DNA from: Plasmodiophora brassicae
Taxonomy: Eukaryota
Direction: 5' to 3'
DNA length: 64,000 bases
Assembly (NCBI GenBank): GCA_036867785.1
Contig: CP145416.1
Location: 1,178,001-1,242,000, forward strand
Part shown: in pieces, positions 46,919 through 60,103 of the stretch
Layout of the letters: each line of letters starts with the position of its first letter
Position numbering within the stretch: the stretch's first letter is position 1
The notes under the pieces: generated by a model
Database searches by the model: none
Told to the model about the DNA's origin: nothing
Seen by the model: the letters and a program-made list of their open reading frames with translations, nothing else
Position numbers and translations under genes: made by a program

Positions 46919-48573
46919 TTACTCAGCGATACGCTCGGTGGCCGTCGTCCGGCGGCGGGTCCCACCCTCGTCGTGCTGCGCCTGTTCACTCACCGACGAT
47001 CGCGAGCTGTCATCGCCGCGAACCATCGTCGCTGTGACGGACGGCGGCCGCCGCAGCTCCCTCTGCATCTCGGTGATCCTCGCCGCGTACGACGCCGTCT
47101 CCGGGCTGAGCTGATGTGCCATCTGGAAGTCGGCCAGCGCGCGTTCCGTCTCGCGCCGCTCGGCGCGTAACCCGCCTCGCATGGCGAGCAGGTCGTGGCG
47201 AGCCGCGTCCAGCTGTGCGGCGGCCGGTCAGCGACGCGTCGTCGCGCGCGATAGATCGCGTACCGCGATGGCTGCGTCCAGGTCGTCCAGGGCCGCGTCG
47301 ACGTCGCCGCGTGCGATGAAGGCCCTGGCCCTGGCAGCGTACACGTCAGGGTCGGCGAGGCCGAGGCGCAGGGCGCGGTCCAGGTCGTTCATGGCCAGGC
47401 TGGGCAGCGCCGCCCGGTCGGCATAGATGCGCCCACGAAGCGCGTAGGCGGCCGCGAACCCGGGCCCGAACCGCACCGCCCGCGACAGGTCCAGCAGGGC
47501 GCGCGACTCGGCGCCCGGCCCCCGCAATTGCATCTGGATCGTGGCGCGCTCGCACAGGAGCCCGGCCAGGGCGGGGCCGTCGCATTCTGCCCGTCCCGGT
47601 CATCAGCAGCGCGCCGCTCGACGACCAGGCGACGACGCACCTGGCGTTGCGTGCGCGATCAGGTCGTCGTAGTCGAGCAGGGCCAGCTGCAGGTGCTGCT
47701 GGGCCCAGTACAGCGACCCGCGTCGTCGCCGGGCCTCGGCGCCGACGTCGAACGCGGCCGGCGGGTCGTCGATGGCGGGTGGGTCGCGGTCCAGAGCGCG
47801 CGTGTACCTGGCCAGCGCCTCGGCGTGGTCGCCGCACAGCTCGCGCATCTCGCCGACCAGCAGGTCGACCTCGGCGGGCGGCGACCCGTTCGCGACGAGG
47901 CTCGCCGCCAGGCGCCGGGCCGAACGCAGGTCGCCGCCGCGAAGCAGCGCCGTCGCCAGCAACGTCTTCGCGCCGACCTGGCCGTCGTCTGCCGGGTGAC
48001 ACACGCGCGTCAGTCGATCGTCGTCGCTCAGGGCGGCGGCGAGCGACCTGCGCGCAACGCGTCCGACGCATCCGACACGGCCCGGTGCAGGTCGCCGAGG
48101 CGCAGGAACAGGCGGCCGCGTTGCACCAGGGCGGGGACGCGATCGCGGTCGGACGCGGCGGCCAGGGCGCGGTCCAGCTCGCGCGCGCTGCGGCCGTGCT
48201 CGCCCCGATCGGCCCAGCAGAGTGCCCGGCAGCGCAGGACGACGGCGGACGGGCCGGCCAGGGCGATCAGCGCGCCGTAGTCGAACAGCGCCGCCGCCGG
48301 CCGGTGCAGGTGACGCGCCAGGTCGGCGCGCGCGCGCAGCAGGCCCGCGCTGGAGCACGGGCCCAGGGCGGTCGCGCGACGCAGGGCGCCGGCGGCGCGC
48401 TCGACCTGCCCGCGCTGCCAGTACGCCCACCCGGCGTACACGTGCGCCTCCATCGCCACGTCCGCCGTCTCCACCGCCGCCGCCTTCTCCAACTCGACGA
48501 CCGCCTGCCGCCATCGACGCTGCTGGAGCAGGTCCAGGCCGCGATCCAGATGACGTCGCCCGGCGCTCGTCAT
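46919..48573 (-). CDS. TPR-repeat protein, multi-exon
   Basis: Repeated TPR helices: ALVQRGRLFLRLGDLHRAVSD, AYALRGRIY..AMNDLDRALRL, VYAARARAFIARGDVDAALDD. Confidence 0.8.
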
Positions 48574-48579
48574 GGCCCA

Positions 48580-48884
48580 GTTAGGTACGACCCGTCTGGA
48601 GATATCGGGGGGCAGCGTATCCAGATGCCCGTGGCGTCCGTCCCCCGTCAGGGCCGTCCCCCAGGGGCGCTATTTGTGGCGCCGCACCATTTCGCCGCCA
48701 CAAGGAGCGCATTGTCCGAGTAGAACTGCAAGGCGCGCATTGTCCCAGTAGAACTGCAAGGAGCGTGTTGTCCCAGTAGAACTGGTACCGAACGGGGACA
48801 GAATCGATACTCGGAGCGAGGGGGTTGCCCATAAAGGCAATCCCCACCTATGTAGGAGGGAGTGAACGACTAGTTGTACCTAAC
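48580..48884. mobile_element. Candidate ~305-bp non-autonomous element with short terminal inverted repeat and internal minisatellite
   Basis: gttaggtacga (48580-48590) versus ttgtacctaac (48874-48884), a 10/11 inverted match. Confidence 0.3.
48701..48784. repeat. Minisatellite, 3 x 28 bp
   Basis: caaggagcgcattgtccgagtagaactg / caaggcgcgcattgtcccagtagaactg / caaggagcgtgttgtcccagtagaactg. Confidence 0.92.
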
Positions 48885-49023
48885 GTCACACCAGCGTGGT
48901 GTAAACATGGGTGGCCCTGCTGTGTATCTGCAATTGGACATTGATGCGCGAGGTCCACGTGCCGTATTCGCAACATCGTACCGGCTGCAATCGGGTACAC
49001 TTGCCGACCGGCCGAATCTGGGC

Positions 49024-51558
49024 ATGGATGCAGGATGGCAACGCGGCCCCGACGTCGTCCTGACCGCCCGCAACCGCGCCAAACGCCTACTGGACGTCAT
49101 CCAATGGCGGCCGCGCGTCTACCGCGGCAATGACTGGCGCCGCATCCTCCAGACCATCAAGGCGGGCAAGGGCCGCACCCAGGCGGCGCCGACCGCCGCG
49201 CCCCTCAGCTTCCAGGACGCTGTGATCGCAGCCGCGGCGCCAGCGCCCTCAACGGCGAGACGAACGCCGACCAGCGAACGCTCGTCGTCGTCCTGTGCCT
49301 CATCGGCGCCGACCACCCCCCGGCAGAAACTCCACGAACGCTGTCGAACGACGCTGCGCACGCCACGGTTCGACCGTCCGTCGAATGGCGCATGCACGAC
49401 GATTGACGGGACTGCGCGGCAGGACCGCATTGCGGCATGCGCACGCGCATCGTCGCGCGGCAGCGGCGGCGGCCACGGCCGACAGTTCGCTGCCGGTGGC
49501 GCAGACCGACTCCGCGCTGCTGACGCTGCTGAACGTGACGCACGCGACGGTCCAGAACGTGCTGAAGCAGGTCCACGAGGCGAACCTGCTGCGGAACGGC
49601 ACGCAGCGCAACGTCGTGGTCATGAGGCGGACGCGCGCCCCGGTGAAGCGCCCGGCGGTGGCCGGCCAGCCGCAGAGGCACCATTGCGTGCGGTCGTCCA
49701 TCATCAGAGCGGCAGGCGGCACCGGCATCGTCGCCTCCGACCAGGACATTCGATGTAAACGGGCGCTGTGGGGAGCGACGGCCGATCTGATTCGGCGTCG
49801 CCACAGTCTATGCGGACGAGGCCGAGGAGGCGCTGAGCATGTTCTCGAACGAGCTGTGCCACCGGTCGGCGGCGACGACGACGAAGCAGGTGCTGACGCG
49901 GGTCCAGTTCCGGCGGTTCCTGCAGCGGAACGAGCTCGACGCCCCCGCCATGGTCCGGTTCATCGACCACTGCATGGACGTGATCACGACGGTCCCGGGC
50001 GTTATGGACGCCGTCGACTATTTCGCTCTGCTCGCCATGCTCCTCAAAGAAGTCAAACCGAACCGCCTGCACTGTACGTCCCGTTCAGTTGGCCCAGCAC
50101 AGGTCGCTAAGGCGTGCCCCCCGCCCCCCTCCATGGTGCAGTTGCCTACCTGCTGTACGACCTGGATGGGGACGGCCGCGTCAGCAGCCGGGACCTGTTC
50201 GAGCTCCTGCGAATGGGCATCCACAGGATGTTCCCGAACGATTTCCGCATCCTGTGCCAGCTGGTCAACGACCAGGCCGACAAGGCGCTCAACGAGAAAC
50301 GCGTACGTCCGGTCGTAGACGACGTCCTCGTCTCGCTGTCGCCGACCGATTCAACAGCAACAACGGGGTCATGCTGCTGCTGCTGCTGGACCGGTGGACG
50401 ACAACCGGGCGGCGTCTCTGTACCAGTTCTACAGCGAGAAGGGCGTCAATGTTCGCCTGTCGGACTGGCAGCAGAAGAACCGGGGCCGACAGCATAGGTC
50501 CCATGATGGCGTTGCCAGTCGTCGTCATCCAGGTTGCTGACGTCGTCGCGCCCCCCGGCACAGTGACATTGCCCCGTTCCTGGCCAGGATCCTGTACGAC
50601 CAGTTCCGGGATGAGGATTCCCCGTCCTGCTATGGCGGCCTGGACGGGCTGTTTGGCGCCAGGCACACGACAGTCAGCACGAAGATATTCAGTGCGACGA
50701 TGGGTGCACCCTGGTCTGGGCCGTCGTCCAGGACGCTGACCCGATTGCAGGTACGACTCGGGCGCTGAACGCGTTCAAGCGGCAGGCTGCCTCGGGGACC
50801 AAGCTGAAAACGTCGCTGGAGAAGATGGAGGTAAGGTGGTCGACGCGCGCGCTCGTGATGGACCGAGGGCGCGTGACGGAAGAGGCGCACAGGCGACCGC
50901 CGAGTTCACCCGCGACGAGGTGCAGGTGCTCATGTCGACGTTCTGGAAGGCGACGGGCGGGCGCGGGTACATGACCAGGCGCGAGCTCCTGCCGGTCCTC
51001 GCCATGTTCGAGATCGACGAGTCCGCCGCCGTCTTCTTCCAGCGCGTTCGTCTGTCGGACACGCCAACGACCAACGGGCCCCTTGCTGACGTGTGCGCAC
51101 GTCGACCGTCGCAGGCGTTCGACCCGGAGAACAGGAACTCGATCGAGTTCGAGTCGTTCCTGACGTCGTGGGCGGTGGTGGTCCACGGCGACACGCCGTC
51201 CCGCCTGGACATGCTGTTCACCATGTTCGACTTCGACCGGAACGGCACGATCCGGGCCGACGAGATGTTCGCCGTCATGGAGTGCCGGTGGGGGCAGACG
51301 ATACGCGACTCGCTCGACAACCTGCTCGACGCCGTCGTCGACAAGTTCAACGCGGCCGACAACCCGGACCCGTCGATCACCAACGTCGGCATCACCAAAG
51401 CGGAATACGACCGCGTCATGGTCGACATCCCCGAGTTCTGGACGAGACTGGCCGCCCGCGTCAACCAGATCCTGCAGGGCAGGGTGGCCGCCCTGAGGCA
51501 CAGAACGAACGCGAGGCGGCAACCGTCGCAGACGGTGCCCCCGTCGACCTTCTCGTAG
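49024..51558 (+). CDS. Multi-exon EF-hand protein (calcineurin-B/NCS-like C-terminus); may be one or two genes
   Basis: YLLYDLDGDGRVSSRDL; AFDPENRNSIEFESF; RLDMLFTMFDFDRNGTIRADEM. Confidence 0.6.
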
Positions 51559-51629
51559 CCCGTCCCCATCGCATACAGACACGGGTCGGCCGGGGGGACG
51601 GAGGGGGCTGGACGTCGTGCTGCATCGGT

Positions 51630-53609
51630 TTATTGCAATTGTCTTCGTACGAGATGGGCGTACATACCGTCGCGGGCTAGGAGCGCGTCGTGCGTGCCGC
51701 TCTCGACGACGCGGCCCCGGTCGATAACGACGACGAGGTCGGCATCCTTGACGGTCGACAACCGGTGCGCGATCACCACCACCGTCCTGCCCTTCATGAG
51801 CTTGTCTAACGCGTCCTGCACAACGAACTCGCTCTCGGCGTCCAGCGACGACGTTGCCTGCGACGCCACTGGTTCAGGCGGGCACGTTTCGGTTCGTCCT
51901 GCGTTCCGTTTACCTCGTCCAGCAGAAGCACCTTGGGGTTGAGCAGGACGGCCCGCGCGATGGCAATCCGTTGCTTCTGCCCACCGGACAGGTGCAGGCC
52001 GCGTTCGCCGACGAGCGTGTCGTAGCCGTGTTCGAACGCCATGACGAAGTCGTGGGCGTTGGCGGCCGACGCCGCCGCGATGATGCTCTCCATGGAGGCG
52101 TCCGCCTTGCCGAACGCGATGTTGTCGCGAATGCTGCCGGCGAACAGGACGGGCTCCTGCGACACCAGCCCGATCCGCCTGTGCATCCAGGTGACATCCA
52201 GGTTGCGGATGTCCTCCCCGTCCAACGTAACGACGCCCTGGGACGGGTCGTAGAACCGTTCGATCATGGCGAAGATCGTGGACTTGCCGCCGCCGGACGG
52301 CCCCACCAGCGCCGTCACCTTCCCCGACTCGAACACGATGTTGAGCCCGTTGAGGACGGGGGTGTCCGGCCGCGCCGGGTACGTGAAGCTGACATCCACC
52401 ATGCGGATGTCGCCAGTGAACACGGCGGGACGCAAACCGCCCGTCAGCCTGATCTGCTCGGCGCGATCGATCAGCTCAAAGACCTTGGCGTTGGCGCCCA
52501 GCGCCTTGTACACGTTGCTGATCAGGCCGCTGATGCCGGCCAGCGACTTGCCGACCGAGACGGTCAGCAGCAGGAAACTGGTCAGCAGGCCGACGGTCAG
52601 CTCGCGCTGGATGACGAGCATGGCCCCGGACCACATGATGAACACGGTCGACAGCGGCGCGATCGTCGCCATGAACCCGACAAAGTAGCCGAGCAGTCGA
52701 GCGACACGAGCGCCGAGGTTGTACGTGTCCTCGATCTTCTCGTTGTACAGGTCCGCCCGCAGCGTCTCATTGGAGAACGCGCGCACCGTGCGAATGTTGG
52801 AGAACGACTCGTCGGCGACCTCCGTCGCTCGCGCTAGCGCGTCTTGCGTTTGACGCGACAACGTTCGAACGTACCGCCCGTACAGGCGCCCGATGATGGC
52901 AACTGCCGGTATCACGCTGATCATCAGCAGGGACAGGCGTACCGACAGGCGGAACAAGTACACTGTACAACAACGGCGTTGTTAGCAAGGGGGGCGCACA
53001 CGTGCCCGGCAGGACGAACGTTCCCGTACCAAGCCCCAGGGACACGGTCGACAGCATCGTGAGGCCTTTGCTGAGGTTGCTGGTGATGGCGTTGTTCAGG
53101 ATGCTGGTGTCGGAGGCGAGCCGGCTGACCAGCTCGCCGGTGCGCATCATGTCGAACATGCCGATCTCCTGGGCGATGCACCGCGCGAACAACCGTTTGC
53201 GGATGCGCGCGACGATACGTTCGCCAGACAGGCTGAACAGGTAGCCGCGTAGGAAGGCGAACACGCCGCCGAGGGAGACGACGCAGACCAGTTCGAGGAC
53301 GTACGCGTTGACGGCGACGCGCGCCTCGTCCGGCGTTGTCAGCCCACGCGACATGCGCACGAGCTCGTCGACGACATGGCCGATGAAGACGGGGAGGGCG
53401 AGCGACGTGGCCGTTGAGATGACCAGGGCGACGCTGGCCAGCAGCAGGAGCCACCGCTCCGGGTACGATTGCCGGATGAGGCGGGACAGCGTCAACGCCG
53501 GCGGCTTCTTCGGTCGGGGCGGTCGCGCTGGCAGCAGCAGCGGACGGGCCAGGCCGGCGCCGTCGCCCATGTCGACGGCGGCGGACATGGCGAGGACATG
53601 GCCGGACAT
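51630..53609 (-). CDS. ABCB half-transporter (TAP/ABCB10-like)
   Basis: One TMD ([33 protein letters not shown]) and one NBD ([41 protein letters not shown]). Confidence 0.92.
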
Positions 53610-54288
53610 CGTCTGGTCAACGACGACGCGGACGGGTCGAAGCGCGATCCGCGACGGAGGCCCAACGACGTCGCACCGTCACAGCTCAGGTTCGCGGTCG
53701 ACCCCGACGCCGCAGCCGCCGCCGCCGAACGCTGATCGAAATGAAAACAGCTGTCGTCGTGGACCGGACGGACGGAACGGGACGCGCTGCAGTTGCGGAA
53801 ACTGCGCCGCTGTGCGTCGCTGCGTCCAACTCCTGCCGCTGCCGTCACCAGCTACCTATGTACCTACACTCGGCGACCTCGACCGACACGGACGATCCAC
53901 CTGTTTCGGTTTCCGCCAGGAACGATCTGTACCCGGGCATAACGCCGATGTACGTAGTAGTATATTCAGGAGCGTCGTGTACGGCCGCGCTCGTAGCGGG
54001 GCCCAGTCCGGCAGGCCGACGTCGTGTTGCCCCGTCCGTCCGATGATCGTCCGGTGCGCGTTATTTTTGCGCGCCCGGTCCCGGCGGAAGCGCGCGCGCT
54101 ATTCCAGCCGGGCGCTGCTCTGTCGGCGGCACACCTCATGCATTGGCTGGCGGGCGGAATTCGACACAATGGGTCGAACGCGTCGTTTCGCGCAGACGTC
54201 ATCTCGGGCGCCCGGTCGGGGGAGCTGGTGGGGCCTCGCGTCGTTCGTCGCCAACGCGCACACAGGCACAGCGGGCTGCTGAGCAGTG

Positions 54289-56294
54289 ATGGATGCCGTC
54301 GACCTGCGCGACATCGATTTCGACACGGTCCGGGCGTGTAGCGATGCGCGGCGCCTGCGCCGCATGATCGACCTGCTCGTCGCCGAACCCTACTACCCGG
54401 ACCTGCTTGCCGCCGCCCGCGATCGCCTCCGTGAGATCTCGCCGGTCGACGCCAAACGCCTCGACGCGGCCGCCCCACCTGAACCTCTGTCGCCAACGAC
54501 GCCCGAGATCCGATCGCAGATCAACGAATGGGTCGACGATATCGGCAAGGTCGACCGCAGGTCTGTCGCTGCTGACGAGAGGTTCACCGGTGGCGCTTAT
54601 ACCCCAGTCAGCGTCCGTCAAACGGAAGGCGGTGCGGCACCCGTCGTACGGGTCGGTGTTCGTGGCGCAGCCGACCGGCGATCGACGCCAGCCCCGGTCG
54701 ACGACGCGATGCCAGGCGGGTCGCGCCAGATCCAGGAGTTCAACGCGGAACGTGAGAAGCAGATCGGCAACGAGTACTTCCGGTCGGGCGAGTATTCGAC
54801 GGCAGTGAAGCATTATACGCGCGCGATCGCCCTGGCCCCACCCGGATCCAAGGCCGCCGCCGTCGCCTATTGCAATCGCGCCAATACGAGTATGAGGCTG
54901 AAGCTGTGGAAAGCGGCCGAGAAGGACGCGTCGGCGGCCATCGACTGCGACCCGTCGTACGTCAAAGGTAGAGCGAGGGTCGGGGACAATTTCGATCTCG
55001 CGCCTGACACGTTTGGAACGCCGCAGCTTGGTTCATTCGCGGGAAGACACGTGCTCGGTTGGGTAAAGCCGTCGACGCCCGGGATGACCTGGCACACGCC
55101 GTCAGGCTCGATCCGGACAACAAGGCCATCGTGGACCAGCTTGCGGATGTGTCGAAGAAGGTCGACGACGAGCGCACCGACGAACGATTCACAAGGCTGA
55201 GCATCGTCGAGGAAGACGATGAGGGCGAAGACGCCGCGGAAGGTGCACCGGCGCCGGTCGTTGAAACCGGGGACCAGGACGACGACATGGACAATGCGCG
55301 TGATTTGAAACGGGATGGCGTTGCCGCGTTCACGAAAGGCGACCACGAGCGTGCCGCTCGTCTGTACACAGAGTGCATCACCGTCTGCGAAGGGCAGCTC
55401 GGCGAACGCGATGACGCTGCGTTGCTGATGGCGACGACGCTGTCGAACCGCGGGTTGGCCCTTGCCAACCAGGGCGATGCGCAGGGCGCCGAACGCGATT
55501 ACACCAGGGCGCTCGTGCTCACGAACGGCCCCTGCGACCTGCGCTCCAAGCTGCTGATGAGACGGGGGCAGATCCGCGAGGCGCTGGACGATCTGGTGGG
55601 TGTGCCGACCGATGACCTCCTCCCGATATCGCCCGGCGATTGACTCCTGCTTGCAGGAAGGCGCTGTCAGCGACTACGAGCAGGTTGCAGCAACCTACCC
55701 GCTGGCGGCTCGAAACCTCCATCGCCTCCGTCAGCATGCGGCCGGGGCACGACGCCCGTGCGCGCCAGCACCTGCGGATGAGAGCGAGGCGGCGGTGCCG
55801 AACATGCCCAGGGTTCCGCAGACGTTGTACGATTTCCAGGTGGCGTTCATGTGCCTGGCGAACGTTCCGGGTCCCCGGCTGTATGCCTGGCTGCGGATGA
55901 TCCCCGTTGACGCGCTGTGCACGTTCCTTGCCACGTGCACGCTGGAAGGATCGATGCTGGAGCAGGTCCTGGAAGTGTGTGCCGCCCACTACGTTCAGGT
56001 GCGAATGGGCACGGCCCGGGTGGGAGTACCAAGGCTGCTGACTGCACCCGTCCTGTAGGAGCATCCCAGGCAATGCCTCCAGCTGATGCGTGCGCTGGCG
56101 CGATCGTCCAGGCTGGCAATCACGCTGATGTTCTCGGCAGACAAGACCAGACAGGGTTGGTTCTGTACGCCAGGGCCGTCGGTCTAGTAGTAGACGCACT
56201 GAACGTTCCCGTAGATGCGCTGAACGTGATCGCCGCCATTAAGAAGTCGTGCCCAGACGAAGACACCAGCGGGATAGAGAGCGCGTTCGCCTGA
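54289..56294 (+). CDS. SPAG1: SPAG1/RPAP3-like TPR co-chaperone
   Basis: N-terminal IDFDTVRACSD..YYPDLL..RLREISP; TPR clamp EKQIGNEYFRSGEY..AYCNRA; C-terminal RPAP3_C-like PQTLYDF..YAWLRMIP. Confidence 0.72.
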
Positions 56295-56553
56295 TGTCTA
56301 TAAAGTGTCGACGCCACCGGGCAGGCCAGACGGGACGCCTGATTCCGTATCCGACAGCTGCGATCGATGTTGAGTGCTTTCGTGTGTACGGCTCCGATTC
56401 CCGTACGATGCCATGGCAATGGTGTTTGCGGGCAGGGGCGCCGAAACGAATAGATCGAGGCTGCTGCAGACGAGATCGTCCATTTGGGAACCGCACCGTG
56501 TGCGTCATATATGTAGATGTCGTTTGGCACGACCCATACGGGGGCACTACTGT

Positions 56554-57761
56554 CTAGGCGTCGTCGTCGTCGTCCTGGGACGGTGCACATGTCAGATGTG
56601 TGAAGTTGCAGGCCCGACCTAGCGACCTTGATAGTGTGTCTTGCAGACGTTTGACGTCCTCCGCGATGCGGTCGGCTGCCGCCTTGACGGATTCTTGCGC
56701 GTGGTGCACCCTGCCGAAGGACGCTGATTGGTCAACAGTGGGCGGGGGGACACCAGGCGGACGCTGCACCGGACCTGGAGCGCGCGGCGTCCAGACGCTC
56801 TACCGCAAACGACCCATCATGTTGAACGAGCTGATCAAGTTCCGGGTCGCCCGCCAAACGTGATCGCAGTTGCACTTTAAGGTCTGCAACCAACCATGAG
56901 CCATTGGCACTGCAGCACCAAGCCTGAACCCTGCTGACCATCGTGTTCGGAGCCCTGCCCAGCTCCGGTGCTCGAGAGCCGGGATTCTAGATCCGCACAC
57001 ACGCGGAGCGACACCTGCTTGGATGACGACAATGCAGCCAGCTTCCTTTCCATCGCCACCACCTTCTGGGCGTCCTGCTCGACCTGGGTGATGTCGGAAC
57101 GCCGCCGCATGCCTCCACCGCAATACATGCAGTACCTGGTCTTTCACGTTCTGGCGAAGGCGGCCTCGTTGCCGTGCCTCGCCAGCCTCTTGCGACAGAC
57201 GACGGATCCACGAGAGGCTGACAGCGGCAACGCTGGGAACCCCAATGCGCACGACGACGTTGCTCCAGTTGCGTCATACCAGGATCGGTTCAACTCGGCG
57301 TCTGCGCGCTGCAGGGCGCTTGTCGCCTCGGCGAGTTCGGCTTTGAGGTTTGGCAGAGACTCCCCGTCCACCTGTCGGACACGCGACGTTACTGTCGACA
57401 CGCGGCCATCGGGTATATCTACAGTCTACGAACCTGAGACAGCTGGGCTATAAGTCGACACTGATCGGATCGAACTTGTTTGGCGGCTTCGTCCGTATAG
57501 ACCTGACACATCTCCTTCCGCATGCGGTCCAGTTGCGCCTGCGCGGCCGTCCCGGTCAGCGCCATTGCCCCCACCCGGGGGTCGGCCATGATCCCCGATC
57601 ACACACACGACCTGCAGCTCAAACAGTTCGGCCTCGGCCTGCCTCTTGCTGCGATGCACGGCGATACGCAGCGCCTTCTCCGAGTCCCGCTCGGCGTCCA
57701 TCGCCTGCAGGTCTGCCAGCAGCCTCGCCATGAGCCCGCCCTCACTCGCCGCCGCCGACAT
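56554..57761 (-). CDS. Hypothetical coiled-coil protein, multi-exon
   Basis: LLADLQAMDAERDSEKALR.., LKAELAEATSALQRADAEL, VKAAADRIAEDVKRLQDTL in successive exons. Confidence 0.5.
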
Positions 57762-57949
57762 TCGCCACCCAACGACCACCACCCCCAACTGGGCCCCAAA
57801 AAATGCGCGTCTTGTCCTGCACGGTCGCCACGCTGCAGTTCGTGCGCTGCACACCCGTAACGCCCAACTGATCACCGGCGGCCACGGCTCGTCGTTCGGG
57901 TCGGTGGCGGTCGTCCGCGGAACCAGAACATCGGTCGGCCGGACCGGAC

Positions 57950-58591
57950 ATGGCCGACATCGTCCGCCTCGGGGTCGTCGTCCTGGCCGCCGGCGTCCTG
58001 GTCGTCGGCCTGGCGTACGGTGCCGGGTCCGGCGCGCAGACGTTCTACAAGGAATCCCGGGCGGGCCCTGCCCTGCGGACCAGGGTCCAGCAGGCCGTCG
58101 CCGACCATGCGGCATCGAGCCGTGCGGCGTCGTTGAGGCAGGGCGCCGTGCAGCGGTCGCTGGCGGCCTCGGATACGGTCGACGCTGCCGACAGGCACAC
58201 GGCGTACTATACGCGCGCCAAGAACGTCGACGTGTACCGGAAACGCGAGCGCGACGTCACCCAATTCTACGAGCGTGCCGCGGACGTTACTAGGCGCGAC
58301 TCGCAAGCGACATCGGACCAGGCGGCGTCATCCCTATCGGCGCTGGGCGCGGCCCGCACGTCGAAGCAGAACTCGCTGTACAACCAAGTCCAAGGCGCGG
58401 TATGGAGCACCGGGTTTGCTGATCCAACGGAGGACCTCCACGATGCAGATGGCGCCTCGCACAATCGGTACGACGGTTTCGTTTTCGTCAACGCTGCCCA
58501 GGGGTGCCTCCCGCTGACGATTGGTCGTGCAGGCCCGGGTTCGGGTCCGGCTCGGTCGGTGACCTGTGGTGAATCGAATCAATACACATAG
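57950..58591 (+). CDS. Small secreted Ala-rich protein (3' end may be spliced)
   Basis: Signal peptide MADIVRLGVVVLAAGVLVVGLAYG; central YYTRAKNVDVYRKRERDVTQ. Confidence 0.65.
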   Translation: MADIVRLGVVVLAAGVLVVGLAYGAGSGAQTFYKESRAGPALRTRVQQAVADHAASSRAASLRQGAVQRSLAASDTVDAADRHTAYYTRAKNVDVYRKRERDVTQFYERAADVTRRDSQATSDQAASSLSALGAARTSKQNSLYNQVQGAVWSTGFADPTEDLHDADGASHNRYDGFVFVNAAQGCLPLTIGRAGPGSGPARSVTCGESNQYT

Positions 58592-58630
58592 CGGGTCGTG
58601 TACTCAGTGGCTGTCGGTCCACGTTCGCGG

Positions 58631-59874
58631 TCATGCACGCTGCGACATGGCGGCGTCGAGCTGGGCGATCTCCCGCCCGGCCTGTGCGGCCAGCATCTCG
58701 AACCGCCTAAGTTGCGGCGCGAACGGGCGCTGGACCGCCCCGAGCGGATCCACGTCGCGTTCCGTCCCCCAGGGCACCTGTAGCTGGAACGGCGGCCCTG
58801 GACGACGACGACGCCAGCGTCGCGGCCCTTCGTCGACGTCCTGGGCCGGCTCGCTGTGCGCCAACGTGATCGGTGCTGGGACGCTTTCCCGAACGATCAT
58901 GTTGGGTTGGACCAGGTCGTCGTACTGGGCGGGGCGCGCCGGCGCGTGCCCAGGCGACCGGTACACCTCCCCGTTCTGCAGGCGCCTGGGCACCAGCATC
59001 CGGTCGTTCATCAGCGACCCGCGCTGGAGCGCGTCATAGCAATGGCGTCGGCCGACGTTCCGGACGGGCGGGTCGTCGTCATGGGGCCCCACCCACCCGT
59101 TCGGGTTCCCTGCACCGACGTTGCCCCTGCACTCCACGTACCGCGTTCGAGACGGGCGCGGCGCCGTCGGCGCGACATCGGGCTCCCCCGCGTGCCGACG
59201 CGCCTCGCGATCGGCCGCCTCCGAACGGCACTCGTCTGCGACGACGCTCTGACGTGGTTCGCCGAACTCCATGCTGAGGTCCCTGAACCCACAGGCGCTG
59301 CCCCGCTCGCAGGCGTTGATCAACCGGGAGCGCGTCGGCGTGATCTCGAACCCCATGTCGATGAGGGCGTTCCGGACAGCGTCGCCGCTGATGGCGCCCT
59401 GCTTCAGGTCCCGGAACATGGTCTGGATTGTCACGCGCACGTCCTGCCGGTTGGCGTACGACCCGCGGTTCTCGACGGTGCCGCGATAGCGGGTCACCGA
59501 CGGCCGCTCGTGCGACTTCTCGGCCACCTACACTGCCGGTTCATTGCCTGCGACCCGTGTTGGGGCGGGACAGCCCCACGAACCGTGTCGATGCTGCCGA
59601 GCCGCTTGACAAAGTTCATGGGGTCGGCGCCGTCGAGCTTGAACCGGGTGCTATCGGGGACGGTGAGCGCGTGCAGGAACGTGGCGAGTCGCAGCGGCGG
59701 TTTGGACAGGGCGAGCAGGTAGGCGCGTGTGGCGAACACGTCGAGACGTGCCAGGCCCGCCTGGAGGCCATCGGCGCCGACCCGCCCGTGGTCGTAATCC
59801 TGGAACAGGCGGCACAGGGCGTCGCGCTTCGATTCGACATTGGCGCGCAGGTCGACGCCGCTGGGCGACGGCAT
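58631..59874 (-). CDS. Hypothetical protein with two degenerate EF-hand-like segments
   Basis: LCRLFQDYDHGRVGADGLQAGL and IQTMFRDLKQGAISGDAVRNAL in two ORFs that a short intron can join. Confidence 0.55.
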
Positions 59875-60103
59875 GGCACGAACGTCAGTGTCGTATAACG
59901 ATCGATCGTCTGGTCACCAGGGGGTACCCGGCCCAGGCTGTGCGTGTGTGTGTGTGGCCGGGATCGGATCGCCGTCGGCCGTGACGCCCGGCGCGCACAG
60001 CCCCAGGCAACATGTGGCCCGGGACCGGGCCGGTGCCTCCACCGTCGGAACCGGGTGCCCAGGGGCGCGCCCAACCCCCGTCATTCCGTTTCCGGTCGTC
60101 ATC

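Noticed and set aside
48701-48784. 28-bp repeats as a CRISPR array
   Set aside because: Units are head-to-tail with no spacers, there are no cas genes, and the context is eukaryotic.
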